Origin: a virus
Strand: one strand, 5' to 3'
DNA: 64,000 nucleotides
IMG/VR virus record: IMGVR_UViG_3300031950_000001
Span: 1-64,000 of that record
The translations under genes were made by a program, and so were the position numbers. The notes under the pieces were generated by a model. It was given only the letters and a program-made list of their open reading frames with translations. It did no database searches and was not told the origin of the DNA. Of this stretch, positions 49,240 to 59,794 are shown one piece after another. Positions within the stretch are counted from its first letter, which is position 1. Every line of letters starts with the position of its first letter.

Positions 49240-49647
49240 ATGAAGCTCCATGAAATTCGACGTAGTTCGGTAACAGGGAATGCTCTCGAAGTAGGCCAAG
49301 CGGCATCATCAGTTGTTTTTGCGATACCCGTTCCTGCCGAAGGTATCGTTCGACGCTTTTCTCTTGCTGCCGAAACGACGCAGGATATGCCTACAATTAC
49401 CGGCGTGAATCTCTATGATGATAGTCCGTCCGGGACAAATTCGGCCTTCAATCATGCTAGCAAGGTTATTCCCACCCAAACGTCGGCTCCTGCCCAATAT
49501 ATAGGACAGGCGGCCTATTCGTTAACGTCTCGTCGTGCGCAGTATGGCGGTCAGTTGTACGTCGAAGTTACAGCCGGTTCTAATATCCCGGCAGGGGCTA
49601 AGTTTGCTCTTTCGCTTGTGATTCAAGTCGGTGGCGCAATCATGTAG
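49240..49647 (+). CDS. Putative structural protein (beta-rich)
   Basis: Composition rich in small and beta-branched residues; structural operon. Confidence 0.55.
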   Translation: MKLHEIRRSSVTGNALEVGQAASSVVFAIPVPAEGIVRRFSLAAETTQDMPTITGVNLYDDSPSGTNSAFNHASKVIPTQTSAPAQYIGQAAYSLTSRRAQYGGQLYVEVTAGSNIPAGAKFALSLVIQVGGAIM

Positions 49648-49651
49648 GCCT

Positions 49652-50422
49652 ATGATCGACAACGAATTCACAAAGTCCCAGCTCTGGAGACCGCCAGATT
49701 GGCGTTGGAAAAGGGCGCAAATGCTGAAGGATGTCGCTAACCTCCCCCGAACGGAGGATAACGACAACTATGTCCTTCTTGCCATCGATTACTTAAGTGG
49801 CAAGCAGACGGCCGAGCAGATCATGGCCGAAAAGATTTACTCAAAAGAGATTCTCGCGTCAGTAAAGTGGGAAGTAGAAGCCAGATTAATCGCCGGTCAG
49901 ACAGATCAAGAAATCGCTTCTCGGTTAGCGACATCCCCAGATGTAATACGGTTTTATGAAGCATGGTTTTATAATATAAGAGATAGACTTGACAACTATA
50001 GTTATATCTTTCAACGACTGATATACCCCATTGTAGAGGTGGTCGACGGTAAGCCATCCAGGGAGGCTGTCTGGAAGTTTTTTGCCTTTTGTGGCGGTTC
50101 CGGCGTTATTGATGAAATTATTTACGACAGCAATATTCTACGTGGCTTGTCGACCAAGAACTTCTGGAAGCAGAATCTTGCGCACACCGTCCTACGTCGG
50201 TTGGCTGTCAAGGCCAAATTTAACGAAGACTTCCTGGATCGTAATGTAGATCGTTTGCTAAGCTCCGTTTCGGAAGAAGGCAAGAAGCGTGAAGGAGACG
50301 AGCTTCACAAGGTTCTTGTCAGTACGATGACGAGTTTGGGGTGGAACTGGGGGGATAAGAAGCTGATCGAACACATGCCGGATGGGCCCAATTTCGAAAA
50401 TACGAATCCGGAGTCAAATTAA
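49652..50422 (+). CDS. Hypothetical phage protein
   Basis: RPPDWRW motif; tightly packed in the operon. Confidence 0.7.
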   Translation: MIDNEFTKSQLWRPPDWRWKRAQMLKDVANLPRTEDNDNYVLLAIDYLSGKQTAEQIMAEKIYSKEILASVKWEVEARLIAGQTDQEIASRLATSPDVIRFYEAWFYNIRDRLDNYSYIFQRLIYPIVEVVDGKPSREAVWKFFAFCGGSGVIDEIIYDSNILRGLSTKNFWKQNLAHTVLRRLAVKAKFNEDFLDRNVDRLLSSVSEEGKKREGDELHKVLVSTMTSLGWNWGDKKLIEHMPDGPNFENTNPESN

Positions 50423-50423
50423 G

Positions 50424-51779
50424 ATGTCGGTCAAAAAGCTAACATCCGAAACCAAGGAAAAGATCGCGCATATTACCAGCGAGCTTGTCGACAGCGTCGA
50501 GATGGGCGAAGACCCGAAGGCAGCCGCCATTAAGCTCGCCAAAGCGTACGATCTGACAAAAGATCAAATCCGAATGGTCGTTCGAGCCTATAATACGGCG
50601 GCATCGTTGGCCCAGCTAGAGGAATTTGACAAACGAGCCGAAGTTCCACGCGTCATTAACGCAGAAGCGGTTGTCAAAGCTGTCTTTGGAGGCAAGCGGA
50701 CCAAGGTCGCAAGCCAAGAAGTACAAGAAAAGCCGCAAGTGGTTTCCTCCGACTGGTCTCTTCCCGTACAAGCGGTGGTCCGAACTGATACGCCGATTCG
50801 TACCAGCCGTATCATCAAGTTCGCGACAGTTGACCGTCCTAAGCCGGAACCGAAAGATAACACTCCGTTTCTTGCTCAACAAGCTCGCAAAGAAGCGGCT
50901 GTTGTAAAGCTGGCCGCAGAACGTCGTTTCGTCGACGCGATTCAGCAGCTTGCGGAATATTTTTCCGTAACTGGAGCAATTGATCCGAAAATTGCGGAAC
51001 AGAACGCGGTTGCGGCTTTTGGTAAAGATAGTAAAACGATCATCAAATCAGCCCTTGATTTTGCAGGACTAAAGAAAAAACCCATTTATTCTAATAACCC
51101 TGTTTTTGATCCGCAAAAGCCCCCTTACAATCTAATCAAACAGGCCGTTGATGCCTGCAATGACTATCTGCAGGCCGTTAAGACCGAAAAGCTGGCCGAT
51201 GAAGTTGCTCCAAAGAAGAAAAAGCTCGATCTTGCCAACCTCCGGAAGCCGATCTACGGAACGATCTTTCCCGAACTTGAGCCCGAACGTTGGCAGACCA
51301 TCTTTCCTGAATTAGAGTTTGGAAAGGAGGCCGCAGCCAAGACCGGAATTAATATATCTCCGTTTGGACCGACCGCGCAGACGTTGGCCCTTGGTTTAGG
51401 GGAAGTGTTCGGTCATCCTCGAGAATCGGTTGTTAAACCGACCGACGTTACGATGAATATTGAGGCTACAACATTACGAACAAAGAGCTACCTTATTCAT
51501 TTGATGGCCAATGACCCTGTTATAAGCAAATATCCGCCTGAAGAGGTGGTTAAAGTTTATAACGCCCTTAGTCGTCTAGCGCCGAGAGCAATGCAGCAGC
51601 CGAACGTAATTGTTATGTACCTTCGGATTGCACTACAGTCTGGAGGCTCGTTGGATAATTTCCACACCAATTCGCTTGTGGCGATAAATCGCGAATTAGA
51701 CCGGGTAGCGACGGGAATTTCATCCGGCGCATTTTCGCTCGCCGAACGCGGCACGGGCGAATCAGAGGAGGCCGCATAA
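50424..51779 (+). CDS. Putative head/core protein with many K-x-A sites
   Basis: DKRA, TKVA, IKFA, VKLA, EKLA and GKEA sites. Confidence 0.65.
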   Translation: MSVKKLTSETKEKIAHITSELVDSVEMGEDPKAAAIKLAKAYDLTKDQIRMVVRAYNTAASLAQLEEFDKRAEVPRVINAEAVVKAVFGGKRTKVASQEVQEKPQVVSSDWSLPVQAVVRTDTPIRTSRIIKFATVDRPKPEPKDNTPFLAQQARKEAAVVKLAAERRFVDAIQQLAEYFSVTGAIDPKIAEQNAVAAFGKDSKTIIKSALDFAGLKKKPIYSNNPVFDPQKPPYNLIKQAVDACNDYLQAVKTEKLADEVAPKKKKLDLANLRKPIYGTIFPELEPERWQTIFPELEFGKEAAAKTGINISPFGPTAQTLALGLGEVFGHPRESVVKPTDVTMNIEATTLRTKSYLIHLMANDPVISKYPPEEVVKVYNALSRLAPRAMQQPNVIVMYLRIALQSGGSLDNFHTNSLVAINRELDRVATGISSGAFSLAERGTGESEEAA

Positions 51780-51815
51780 ACAACCCTCCTTTTTTGACCA
51801 GAAAGGTTTAAAACA

Positions 51816-52079
51816 ATGCTCTGCTACGAGGCTATTATGAAGATCGCTGCGTTGCTAAAAGAAGCTCGTAAATCAAAGCATTTTGAGGAAAAGGACTATC
51901 CGGAAAAGGCAAAAGAGATTTATCGTGCTCTGAAACGCGAACACGGCGAAGAGATGCCTGCCGAAGTCAAGGCTCGAATAGCCCTTGCGAGAGCCAAAGG
52001 AAAGAAGCCTGGTAGTAAACCTACAGGACCGATACATTATCGTTGGAGCCGTAGTAAGAAGAAATATGTGTCGAAATAA
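51816..52079 (+). CDS. Small basic protein
   Basis: K/R-rich 87 aa; MKIA and LKEA sites. Confidence 0.65.
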   Translation: MLCYEAIMKIAALLKEARKSKHFEEKDYPEKAKEIYRALKREHGEEMPAEVKARIALARAKGKKPGSKPTGPIHYRWSRSKKKYVSK

Positions 52080-52125
52080 CATTTTCGGTTGTCGCGAGCA
52101 ATTTAGCAAAAAATAGGACAAAACG

Positions 52126-53583
52126 ATGGCGACTGATCCTATAAAGCTGATACGGCGACATCGCATAAAACACGCCGCGGAGCCGGCCGGGCCTGCTGAT
52201 CAAAGTGAACCGACGCTACAGGTCGGGCCTCCAGCCCCAAGGAACCTCGGGCCAGAACCGCCGCCTGATGCGCCTGCCTCGGGCGCTGCACCGCCGACGG
52301 GCGTGCGCGGATTTATGGATGCAGTCGTCCCGCCCGCTCTCGCATTAGGTGCGACAGGGATATTAATTGGAACATTATTTGATCGAAAACACGGGCTTTT
52401 TGCAGGAACGACGGCGGCATTAGGGCTTCTGGGAACGGCTATTGGCGCTGGTTGGGGTGCTTTGCAAGCCGGCGGCGGCACCGGCGGCACTGGTGGTCTT
52501 TCAGATGTTATGATACGCGGCATTGGGCGTATGTTTGGCTTCGGCGACCAGTCAGGAGAGCCTTCACAAGGGTGGGGAGAAAGTCTAGCCCCGTGGGTTC
52601 GATGGTTGTCGCCAGTTGGTGGCGGTGGTGTCGGTTTTTTCCTTGGAAGCGGCCTCGGTAGCCGTCTATATAAACGATTCGCCTATCCGCGCGGGCTAAA
52701 GAAATTCAATTTATATATACCCCATCCGACGCACGTACGACGATTTGATTCATTTATCGATATGGTAATAGATACATTGCAAAGTCGCGGGGCCGTACTA
52801 AAGCACGCTATAGATAGGCTTAACAATAAGGCGTCATTACTTGTTGACCAAGCTAAGCAACTAGATCAGCTGTTGCGCGCGCGAATTCAGACTAAGATGA
52901 AAGGGATGTCCGATTTAGCATACCGCGTAACAAGTCAGAAGGAGCCATTATACGAACATGCGATATCGCAAAAAACCGTAGTGCGGCAACAACCCGTATT
53001 CGAGTCGCCTGTGTTAATAACGAACAACGCAACGCTTGTAAGCGACGCTTTGGCGGCAAACAAAGAAGTACGACTCAGAATGGCGACACGCGAGTTCTTG
53101 TCTTGTCTTGGGCCTGGGGATATTAATCCATTAGAGTTCGAAAAGTGTAAAGATGTTCTAAAAGCGATTGCAAAAGACCACGGGCTCGAAGGAAGCGAGA
53201 AAAGAATTTTCGACAGTGCGAGTGATCAAATAGCGGCTGCACGTAGAAGTTGGTTCCGGAACAGGACTGATGCAGAGGCGCTTGAACACGCAAAACAAAG
53301 TATCGACGTTGGTCGCGCCGAAAGGACTGCGCAGAAGCGTCTCAGCAAAGCACTTCGCGCTCTTGAGCAGCAACTCGATGCGACCGCCCGCGATATCAGC
53401 GTGCTTGAGCGGTGTAAGCGACGCTTGCCCAACATAAAGTCTCCGCCAAAATGGCCCGGATGGACAGGTGGCTTGGGTGTGGGGGCGGCAGGCGTGGTGC
53501 TGGGTGAATTCGCTGGTCCGTTGGTGGCAGATTGGCTTATGCCTCCGCATCCCGTGCGCTCTCTACAACAACCTATAGATTAG
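52126..53583 (+). CDS. Putative virion protein with K-x-A leader and Gly-zipper helices
   Basis: MATDPIKLIRRHRIKHA|A followed by Gly-rich hydrophobic segments. Confidence 0.7.
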   Translation: MATDPIKLIRRHRIKHAAEPAGPADQSEPTLQVGPPAPRNLGPEPPPDAPASGAAPPTGVRGFMDAVVPPALALGATGILIGTLFDRKHGLFAGTTAALGLLGTAIGAGWGALQAGGGTGGTGGLSDVMIRGIGRMFGFGDQSGEPSQGWGESLAPWVRWLSPVGGGGVGFFLGSGLGSRLYKRFAYPRGLKKFNLYIPHPTHVRRFDSFIDMVIDTLQSRGAVLKHAIDRLNNKASLLVDQAKQLDQLLRARIQTKMKGMSDLAYRVTSQKEPLYEHAISQKTVVRQQPVFESPVLITNNATLVSDALAANKEVRLRMATREFLSCLGPGDINPLEFEKCKDVLKAIAKDHGLEGSEKRIFDSASDQIAAARRSWFRNRTDAEALEHAKQSIDVGRAERTAQKRLSKALRALEQQLDATARDISVLERCKRRLPNIKSPPKWPGWTGGLGVGAAGVVLGEFAGPLVADWLMPPHPVRSLQQPID

Positions 53584-53730
53584 TTTTCGCGTTTACATTG
53601 TGCGCATTCAAGCATAATATACGAGGCGGGAACGGGCGCTTGCCGTTATCGTTCGTCTTATAACAGCTGCTAGGCGTCGAATCTCTCGGTGGGTAGATTC
53701 TAGTAAATTCGGAAGAGCCGAAAGATACCC

Positions 53731-55137
53731 ATGCTAAAAATCATTCCTCCCAATAGCCAAACCTTTGACGAGCCTCCCGTCTATGCCGTAAAGATGGCGT
53801 CGAAAGGTCTTACGGGAGAGGATCGAAAAAGCTTTGTCAAACGGGCGGCTGCCTATTTTATTGACGTATTACAGAAATCGCCACCAAAATCCGGTGAAGT
53901 GCCTATCCATGTTATCGCCCTCGGCGATGGCGAGCATTTCGGGCCAAATCGTAACGGCGACTATTTCCCGTCGGAAACATGTGAACGCGATCATTCTACT
54001 TTTACCAAATTTGCCTATTTTTACCGTTCTCACATCAATAAAAACCCCCGTCGCAGTTATGGGATCGTAAAGGCTTCTTATTACAACAAGCCAGCAGGTC
54101 GGATTGAACTTCTTGTTTATCTTAATGGTACTAAAGAGGCTGCCGAGCGTAATCAAGGCCTTGTTGCCGATGAGGAGCTTGAACTCCTCCATAAGGGGGA
54201 AGATATCCCCGTCAGCATGGCAACCAGGGTACCTTATGACGTCTGCTCGGGCTGCGGCAATAAAGCCCGGACCCGACTTGAATACTGCACTCCCGCCCGA
54301 TGCGTGAAATATGGCGGACTCCGTAGCAATATTGGTAAAACCTTCGATGACGGCCATACGCTGTGTGCGATAAACCCCGTTTGTGAGTGGTTTGATATTT
54401 CCCACGTCATTCGACCGGCGGATAGGATTGCCTATTCCATTGCGGTTTATTCCGAACTTACCAAGCAGGCTAACGAAGATGGAACAGTCGTTTCTGGGGC
54501 CGAGCTAGCCGAAAAGATAAAGCTTGCCCTTCCGACGTGGTATATCGATGCGCTTCCTTCGCCGATAGTCAGAAAGCAGTACCAAGCCCTTAAAACGCTC
54601 ACTGAGATCGAAAAAACAGCGGCGTTTGACCTCTCCTATGCTACTAAATTGGCCGAAATCTCGAAAATTGCTAAAAGCGGTCATCCGGTGCCCTCAAAAA
54701 ACATTGACAAACAGAACTTCCTTATCTCCTTAGGCCAAATGGGAGTAATGCTCCCCCCGAAAGTATGGGCCGATCTGTTTGGAGCTCCCGATTTTTCGTC
54801 GTATTTGCCCGGGAGTTTCACAAAGCTATCCCAACAGAGCGATGTAGTTTCTATAATAGAAAGTAATCCGTATATTTCGACCCAAAGCGTCAAAGTTGCC
54901 GGTTCCGTTGATATTCGTCCTATCGTTTCCTGTTACTCGATAAAGCCGTTTGAATTCGCGATTAAGACGGCCAGTTATAGCCCCCATTACGTAACCCTGG
55001 AGAAGGAGGCCGATGAGCGATTGGGGCAGGTTTTAGCCAGGGAATACGCCCTATATCAATTGGCCGTTCTTTCAAATTACGTTGATAGTCCAGATTTCCG
55101 GAAAATGGCAGCCATTGCCGTTTCCGTACAGTTTTAA
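53731..55137 (+). CDS. Putative prohead maturation protease
   Basis: N.NGD.F, H.N, VSM..RVPYDVCSGCGN, F.DIS.V..PAD pattern; lies upstream of the scaffold and capsid genes; itself rich in K-x-A. Confidence 0.6.
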   Translation: MLKIIPPNSQTFDEPPVYAVKMASKGLTGEDRKSFVKRAAAYFIDVLQKSPPKSGEVPIHVIALGDGEHFGPNRNGDYFPSETCERDHSTFTKFAYFYRSHINKNPRRSYGIVKASYYNKPAGRIELLVYLNGTKEAAERNQGLVADEELELLHKGEDIPVSMATRVPYDVCSGCGNKARTRLEYCTPARCVKYGGLRSNIGKTFDDGHTLCAINPVCEWFDISHVIRPADRIAYSIAVYSELTKQANEDGTVVSGAELAEKIKLALPTWYIDALPSPIVRKQYQALKTLTEIEKTAAFDLSYATKLAEISKIAKSGHPVPSKNIDKQNFLISLGQMGVMLPPKVWADLFGAPDFSSYLPGSFTKLSQQSDVVSIIESNPYISTQSVKVAGSVDIRPIVSCYSIKPFEFAIKTASYSPHYVTLEKEADERLGQVLAREYALYQLAVLSNYVDSPDFRKMAAIAVSVQF

Positions 55138-55251
55138 AAAATTTGATTCCGGAATCAAATTTTTAAGAGTAGCTGTGTTGGGTGTTTCTTATATGCTATA
55201 ATAAAAAATTGAAAAACGAGCGTTTCGCGGATTTCATTTGGAGGAGCAAAT

Positions 55252-56460
55252 ATGACCAAATCTTTGCAAGAAATCACCGATCTCCTTCGTCAAGTGATTG
55301 AAGGGAAGGTCAAGAAAGCATCGGTTGGTGACGACGCGGATGACAGAACCCGAGAGCATAAGCCCGGCGATTTTGCCGACGAGCTTTTGCAGGAAAACAA
55401 GGAAACGATTCCCTCGGGTACCGCCAGCTATGACGAGGAAGAACCAGTGGACACGGATGAAGACAAAGAAGAGGAAACCACCGAGGGTGCTGAAAACCTT
55501 TTGGCTGGTCCTAGCGGCTATGAAGGTGTTCCGGAACCTGAGGATAAACCTAAAGACGTCTCCACCTCTTCCGGGCTTAGCGTCGAGAAACAGAGTGCAG
55601 TCAAAAAGGCTAGTACTAATGAACTCGCCGAAGCCGCAGTTCATTACGCTGCCCGCATTGCAGGCTTCTTGAAAGAGGCCGCGGAGGATAGTGGTTATCT
55701 TCTCAGCGAGATTTCGCCTACGGTTCTTTCGCGCCTTGTTGCCAGCAAAGTCGTCGAGGAGGCACGAGCTCGGGCGAATCTCGTCGGTGCCATTTTGCAT
55801 AGCGTAAAGCTTGCGCAAGATGCGGCTGAAGAAGAGGAAGAAGGGAAAGAAAAGAAGAAAAAGATGCCCACGGACGAATATGAGGAGACCGAAGAATCTG
55901 AGAACGAGCCCCCAAAAGTCAAAGTAAAAGAGCCCGAGGAAACGCCCGAAGAGACCGCTGAAGAGCCTTCCAACGTTCCCGTTATTCCCGCCGAAGATAT
56001 CGATAGGCTTGTTGATGCTCTTTCGGATCTCGTTCGTGCTGAAGAGGCTGCGGGCCGTTCGGGAGCACCTCGAGGCCTTGAGCCTGGCACTGAGGAAGAA
56101 CCGAGCGAGGAAGACGAAGAAGAAAAGGGTCAAATCCTCGAACGGCTTCTGAGCGAAGCTCCTGCGCCGGCTGCGGAGGAAGAGAAGAAAAAAGAGGAAG
56201 AAATTAAACGCGCCAGCGACGAGGAAATTCTCTCGGCGACTCTAGATGCGCTTCTTGCTCGTGGTGAAAGCCTGACTGATCTGGCTTCTAAAGGCGGCCG
56301 GATTGGATATCAATTGGCGAAATGCGCTGAAGCGCATTTGCGAAGCCGTCGATATGTTCCGCTTTCGCGATTGCCCGCAGAAAAACGGGCTCGTGCTCGT
56401 CGGTTGCGAGACCACGTTGAAGATTTCATTTCCGATCTGTACAATAAAAGTAGGAACTAA
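55252..56460 (+). CDS. Putative capsid scaffolding protein
   Basis: Very acidic low-complexity protein with repeated K-x-A sites, between protease and capsid genes. Confidence 0.6.
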   Translation: MTKSLQEITDLLRQVIEGKVKKASVGDDADDRTREHKPGDFADELLQENKETIPSGTASYDEEEPVDTDEDKEEETTEGAENLLAGPSGYEGVPEPEDKPKDVSTSSGLSVEKQSAVKKASTNELAEAAVHYAARIAGFLKEAAEDSGYLLSEISPTVLSRLVASKVVEEARARANLVGAILHSVKLAQDAAEEEEEGKEKKKKMPTDEYEETEESENEPPKVKVKEPEETPEETAEEPSNVPVIPAEDIDRLVDALSDLVRAEEAAGRSGAPRGLEPGTEEEPSEEDEEEKGQILERLLSEAPAPAAEEEKKKEEEIKRASDEEILSATLDALLARGESLTDLASKGGRIGYQLAKCAEAHLRSRRYVPLSRLPAEKRARARRLRDHVEDFISDLYNKSRN

Positions 56461-56478
56461 GCAGAGGAGACATCAAAT

Positions 56479-56859
56479 ATGGCAGACATTGTAAAATATG
56501 CCGAAGCTCTTCAGCTCGTTGTCCGCGAGCTTGCCAATCGAGCCAGTGGCTACGTCGAAAAGCAAGCTGCCGTGACGAAACGAGTTCCGGAGGTGATTGA
56601 TACCCTTGTCGCGAACTCGTTTATCACGGTTAACCAAAAAGACGTGGCGGCAAAACTCTTAAGCACACACGAAGGTAGCCTCGAAATTATCGAGCGGATG
56701 GCTAAAAAGGCAAGCGTTCGCCAATCTGGCGTTATTGGTGAAGCCGTAGGCGGTAGTTCCAGCACTCCTATCCGCCGAGTGGCCGTGGATCATATTCCTC
56801 GAATTGAGGATCTCCCGGCTGCGCAGGAGTTTGCTCAGCGGATTTTGTCTCGCGCATAA
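56479..56859 (+). CDS. Putative head assembly protein
   Basis: VKYA, EKQA and KKA sites; GAGGAG RBS. Confidence 0.55.
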   Translation: MADIVKYAEALQLVVRELANRASGYVEKQAAVTKRVPEVIDTLVANSFITVNQKDVAAKLLSTHEGSLEIIERMAKKASVRQSGVIGEAVGGSSSTPIRRVAVDHIPRIEDLPAAQEFAQRILSRA

Positions 56860-56900
56860 CGGTACATTAGACGAAAAACTCTAAGAAGGAGATTAAAACG

Positions 56901-57527
56901 ATGGCTAGACTGATCCTTCAAGCTTACGATCATGCATTGAATGTTGTGCGTGGGTGGAACCCGCCTACTCATTTGCAGAAGGTGGCGCCGGTTGATACCG
57001 CCCTCCTGCAGACGATTAGCACCTGGCCTGCAGGGCGTGTCGGGTTTGTTTCCGGTTCGGGCGCGAATGCGGGTACCGTGACTTTGGCTACGCCGACGAA
57101 CACCGCTGGTAACCCGATGCCTCTCTATCTGTTGCAGGGCGGCCAAGGCTACGATGTGGCGGATACCGGTGTTAACGCCGCCGGCAATCTGGTGCAGGTG
57201 AATACTGCCCCGGGCGGTGTTATTACGGGCCTTGTTGCTACAGGTGGTTTCGAGCTCCAGACCACCGAATACAAAACCGGCCAAGGTGTTAACTACAGTG
57301 TGAATACTCCTCTGACGGTTGCGCTTGATGCCAGTAACATCGGTGGTTTGCTTGCGCCGGGCACTTTCTATACGAACTGGATTTGCGGCGTGGCCTCTGT
57401 GCATTGGGGCTATGACTATCAGACCTACGGACCCGGTCAATATCCGACCAGTCCCGTTGGCGTGAACGCCATGAAACGCAACGTGCTGACGTTCTGGAGT
57501 TACTTCTTGCCGAAGTCCGGAAGCTAA
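56901..57527 (+). CDS. Putative capsid decoration/cement protein
   Basis: G/T/N/V-rich beta protein immediately upstream of the MCP; strong RBS. Confidence 0.6.
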   Translation: MARLILQAYDHALNVVRGWNPPTHLQKVAPVDTALLQTISTWPAGRVGFVSGSGANAGTVTLATPTNTAGNPMPLYLLQGGQGYDVADTGVNAAGNLVQVNTAPGGVITGLVATGGFELQTTEYKTGQGVNYSVNTPLTVALDASNIGGLLAPGTFYTNWICGVASVHWGYDYQTYGPGQYPTSPVGVNAMKRNVLTFWSYFLPKSGS

Positions 57528-57577
57528 TTCAGTCTGAGCAACTTAACTTCAACTAAGAATATAAGGAGACAGAGACT

Positions 57578-58540
57578 ATGGCAGATACTGTGGTCCAAAC
57601 CGGTGATCCCATTAAGGATTATCGACTTTTGAATGAAGCCTTGTTTAACCAACTGATGGGCGATCCTTATGAGAAGGCTGCCGCCCAGCAGGATCTGGAT
57701 AACTTCGTTCGGTTGATGGCTCGTGAAACCGGCGTTCAACGGCGCTTCCTGCCGTTCGTGCCGATCACCTCGGATCAACTCCATCCGCAAGTCAGCACGG
57801 ACGTTCCGGCAATCGTGCTGTTCAAAGAACCGAACAGCCCTGGCGCCGTGAGTATCGGTTACAATACGAACTCCAGCCAATGGTTCATCCATGGCGATCG
57901 GTACTTACTGACCTTCGCCCGTATCAAAAGCCCGACCTTCATGGGCGACAAGAGCCTCTTGAGCACCTATCAATACGATATCCGTCAAGTGATTGCCGAC
58001 CAAGCTGTCCTTGACGTCATGGCCCAAGAGGACTCTCGCTTCTTTGCCGCCGTGAATACGGTGCTTGGCAACACCGTTAACGGCGCAAGCCCGATGACGG
58101 GTGTTGTCCAGTACGTCGGGTATTCAGGCGGGCTGAACCGTGAAACCTTCGTGAGCTCGCTGCAGATTCTGCCCAGCACCCCCGCCCACTTCGAAACCCA
58201 GACGATTGTGATCAACAACGTTACCGCTAAAGAAATCCGTAAGTGGGACTTCATGGAAATGGGTGGTCAGCGGAGCCAGGAAGTGCTGCTGGGTGGTAAC
58301 CTGTATGATCAGTTCGAGGATATCAAATGGGTTATCACGATTAAGCGCCATCTGGTTCCCGATAACGAATGCTACCTGTTTGCGGATCCGCGAGGCCTCG
58401 GCAAGGCTTATAGCCGCGAAGAACTCACCATGTATGTCGAAGCCAAGGCTTGGCAGATTCTGTGGTTCTCCTATGAAGAAGTTGGCGCGGCGATCGTGAA
58501 CGGCTACTCCGTGGCCCGCGCGAAGTTCAATCATACGTAA
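57578..58540 (+). CDS. Major capsid protein (HK97 fold, inferred)
   Basis: 320 aa, strong RBS, C-ending codon bias; EKAA|A near the N-terminus; RE.G..RR.LP and ED..F features; head-module position. Confidence 0.75.
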   Translation: MADTVVQTGDPIKDYRLLNEALFNQLMGDPYEKAAAQQDLDNFVRLMARETGVQRRFLPFVPITSDQLHPQVSTDVPAIVLFKEPNSPGAVSIGYNTNSSQWFIHGDRYLLTFARIKSPTFMGDKSLLSTYQYDIRQVIADQAVLDVMAQEDSRFFAAVNTVLGNTVNGASPMTGVVQYVGYSGGLNRETFVSSLQILPSTPAHFETQTIVINNVTAKEIRKWDFMEMGGQRSQEVLLGGNLYDQFEDIKWVITIKRHLVPDNECYLFADPRGLGKAYSREELTMYVEAKAWQILWFSYEEVGAAIVNGYSVARAKFNHT

Positions 58541-58583
58541 TCTCCGTAAAATTCTGAGAAATTGATGTTCGAGGAGAGATAGT

Positions 58584-58850
58584 ATGCCCAGCCAAGAAAA
58601 GATTGCTCAAGCGTTGGGATATATCGAGCAGAACTATGCGGTGCCTGCGTACCTCCGTAGGCTTGCTGAACTCGGTATTATCCCTGAAAACCAAGCGGAA
58701 GTGAATCTCTTGGTTAAGATGGGAGAAGAGGCCGGCGAGCTCTTGCGGAAGTACGGCAACGCCGAAATGGAAAAGTCCGCAGCGGATGAATCCGCCTCGG
58801 TTGACCCTTATCTTTTAGATGCCGTTAAGACCATCTTTGGCCGAGATTAA
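58584..58850 (+). CDS. Small head-associated protein
   Basis: EKIA and EKSA sites; follows the MCP. Confidence 0.6.
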   Translation: MPSQEKIAQALGYIEQNYAVPAYLRRLAELGIIPENQAEVNLLVKMGEEAGELLRKYGNAEMEKSAADESASVDPYLLDAVKTIFGRD

Positions 58851-58855
58851 CAAAT

Positions 58856-59074
58856 ATGAAAGCCTTTAAGGTACTCCGCGAAGGTGGTGTCCGTATTAAT
58901 GGTCGCTATTTCCCGAAAGATGCCATTGTAACGGGAGATAGCTTAGTCGAAGCCTTTGTCAGATATCCGGGCGGGCTTCTTCGTCGTAATAAACGACGTC
59001 TTGATAAAGTTAAAGCTCTTCTCGAGCAGCTTGAACAAAGCGGCGCAATTACGATTGAAGATGTCGAAGGATAG
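58856..59074 (+). CDS. Hypothetical protein
   Basis: 72 aa; L..L...GAIT motif shared with the next gene. Confidence 0.6.
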   Translation: MKAFKVLREGGVRINGRYFPKDAIVTGDSLVEAFVRYPGGLLRRNKRRLDKVKALLEQLEQSGAITIEDVEG

Positions 59075-59080
59075 CCAATC

Positions 59081-59569
59081 ATGGCCAAAAAATTAACCGT
59101 TAATAAACCGCTCGATCTTTTTGGTGAGCTTAAATTAGGATCGGGCGACTCTTTTGTTGCTCCGACACGGGAAGCGCTCTATGCGTTACTTGGAGCGTTA
59201 ACGCGCAGCGTTAAACAACTTGGACGTGCTCTTACAGCATTCCAAAAGACGTTAGACACATTAATGTCGGCAGGTGCGATCACCGAGACAAGTTACATGT
59301 TCGAGCCTAATTTTGAGCAGGAACCGCTTTGGGTTGTTGTAGATTGCACGACTTTAGACAAAGTTTATTTGCCGAATGTAGAAGATCTTGCGACATATAG
59401 CGACCGAATTGTGAAACTTACCTCAGAAGATGGTAGCCATAGTTTCTGTGGGCTTGTGACGCAAAGCCAATCGTACGATACTGTTGATGAGCGCCGATAT
59501 ATCGTAGCTCAGCAATTTGAGAGCTGCCATGAGTGCGTGAATGCATCGAATAGTTCTTCGAAATCGTGA
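59081..59569 (+). CDS. Hypothetical protein
   Basis: 162 aa with a C-terminal CHEC. Confidence 0.6.
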   Translation: MAKKLTVNKPLDLFGELKLGSGDSFVAPTREALYALLGALTRSVKQLGRALTAFQKTLDTLMSAGAITETSYMFEPNFEQEPLWVVVDCTTLDKVYLPNVEDLATYSDRIVKLTSEDGSHSFCGLVTQSQSYDTVDERRYIVAQQFESCHECVNASNSSSKS

Positions 59570-59623
59570 TCAGATAATGACGAGTGTTTAGACGACCCGC
59601 GATGCCATTTCTAAATTAAAACG

Positions 59624-59662
59624 GGCCGCGTTTCTCGCAAGGGAGACGCGGCCTTTCTTGTT
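59624..59662 (+). terminator. Intrinsic terminator of the capsid operon
   Basis: ggccgcgtttctc-gcaa-gggagacgcggcc followed by a T-rich tail. Confidence 0.75.
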
Positions 59663-59794
59663 CAAAAAAAGCAAACGGACGCGACGTTCGGTCGTGAAGC
59701 TTGAAGACCTTGTTTCCGTCTACAAAATGTAGTAGCATTGAAATATGGGCGAAAATCGTGTCTTTGTACATAGTTACCAGATGGAGTCGTCGCC

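Noticed and set aside
55234-56133. Long antisense ORFs (for example 55234-56133, 47301-48002, 56835-57440)
   Set aside because: They are shadows of strongly biased sense-strand genes.
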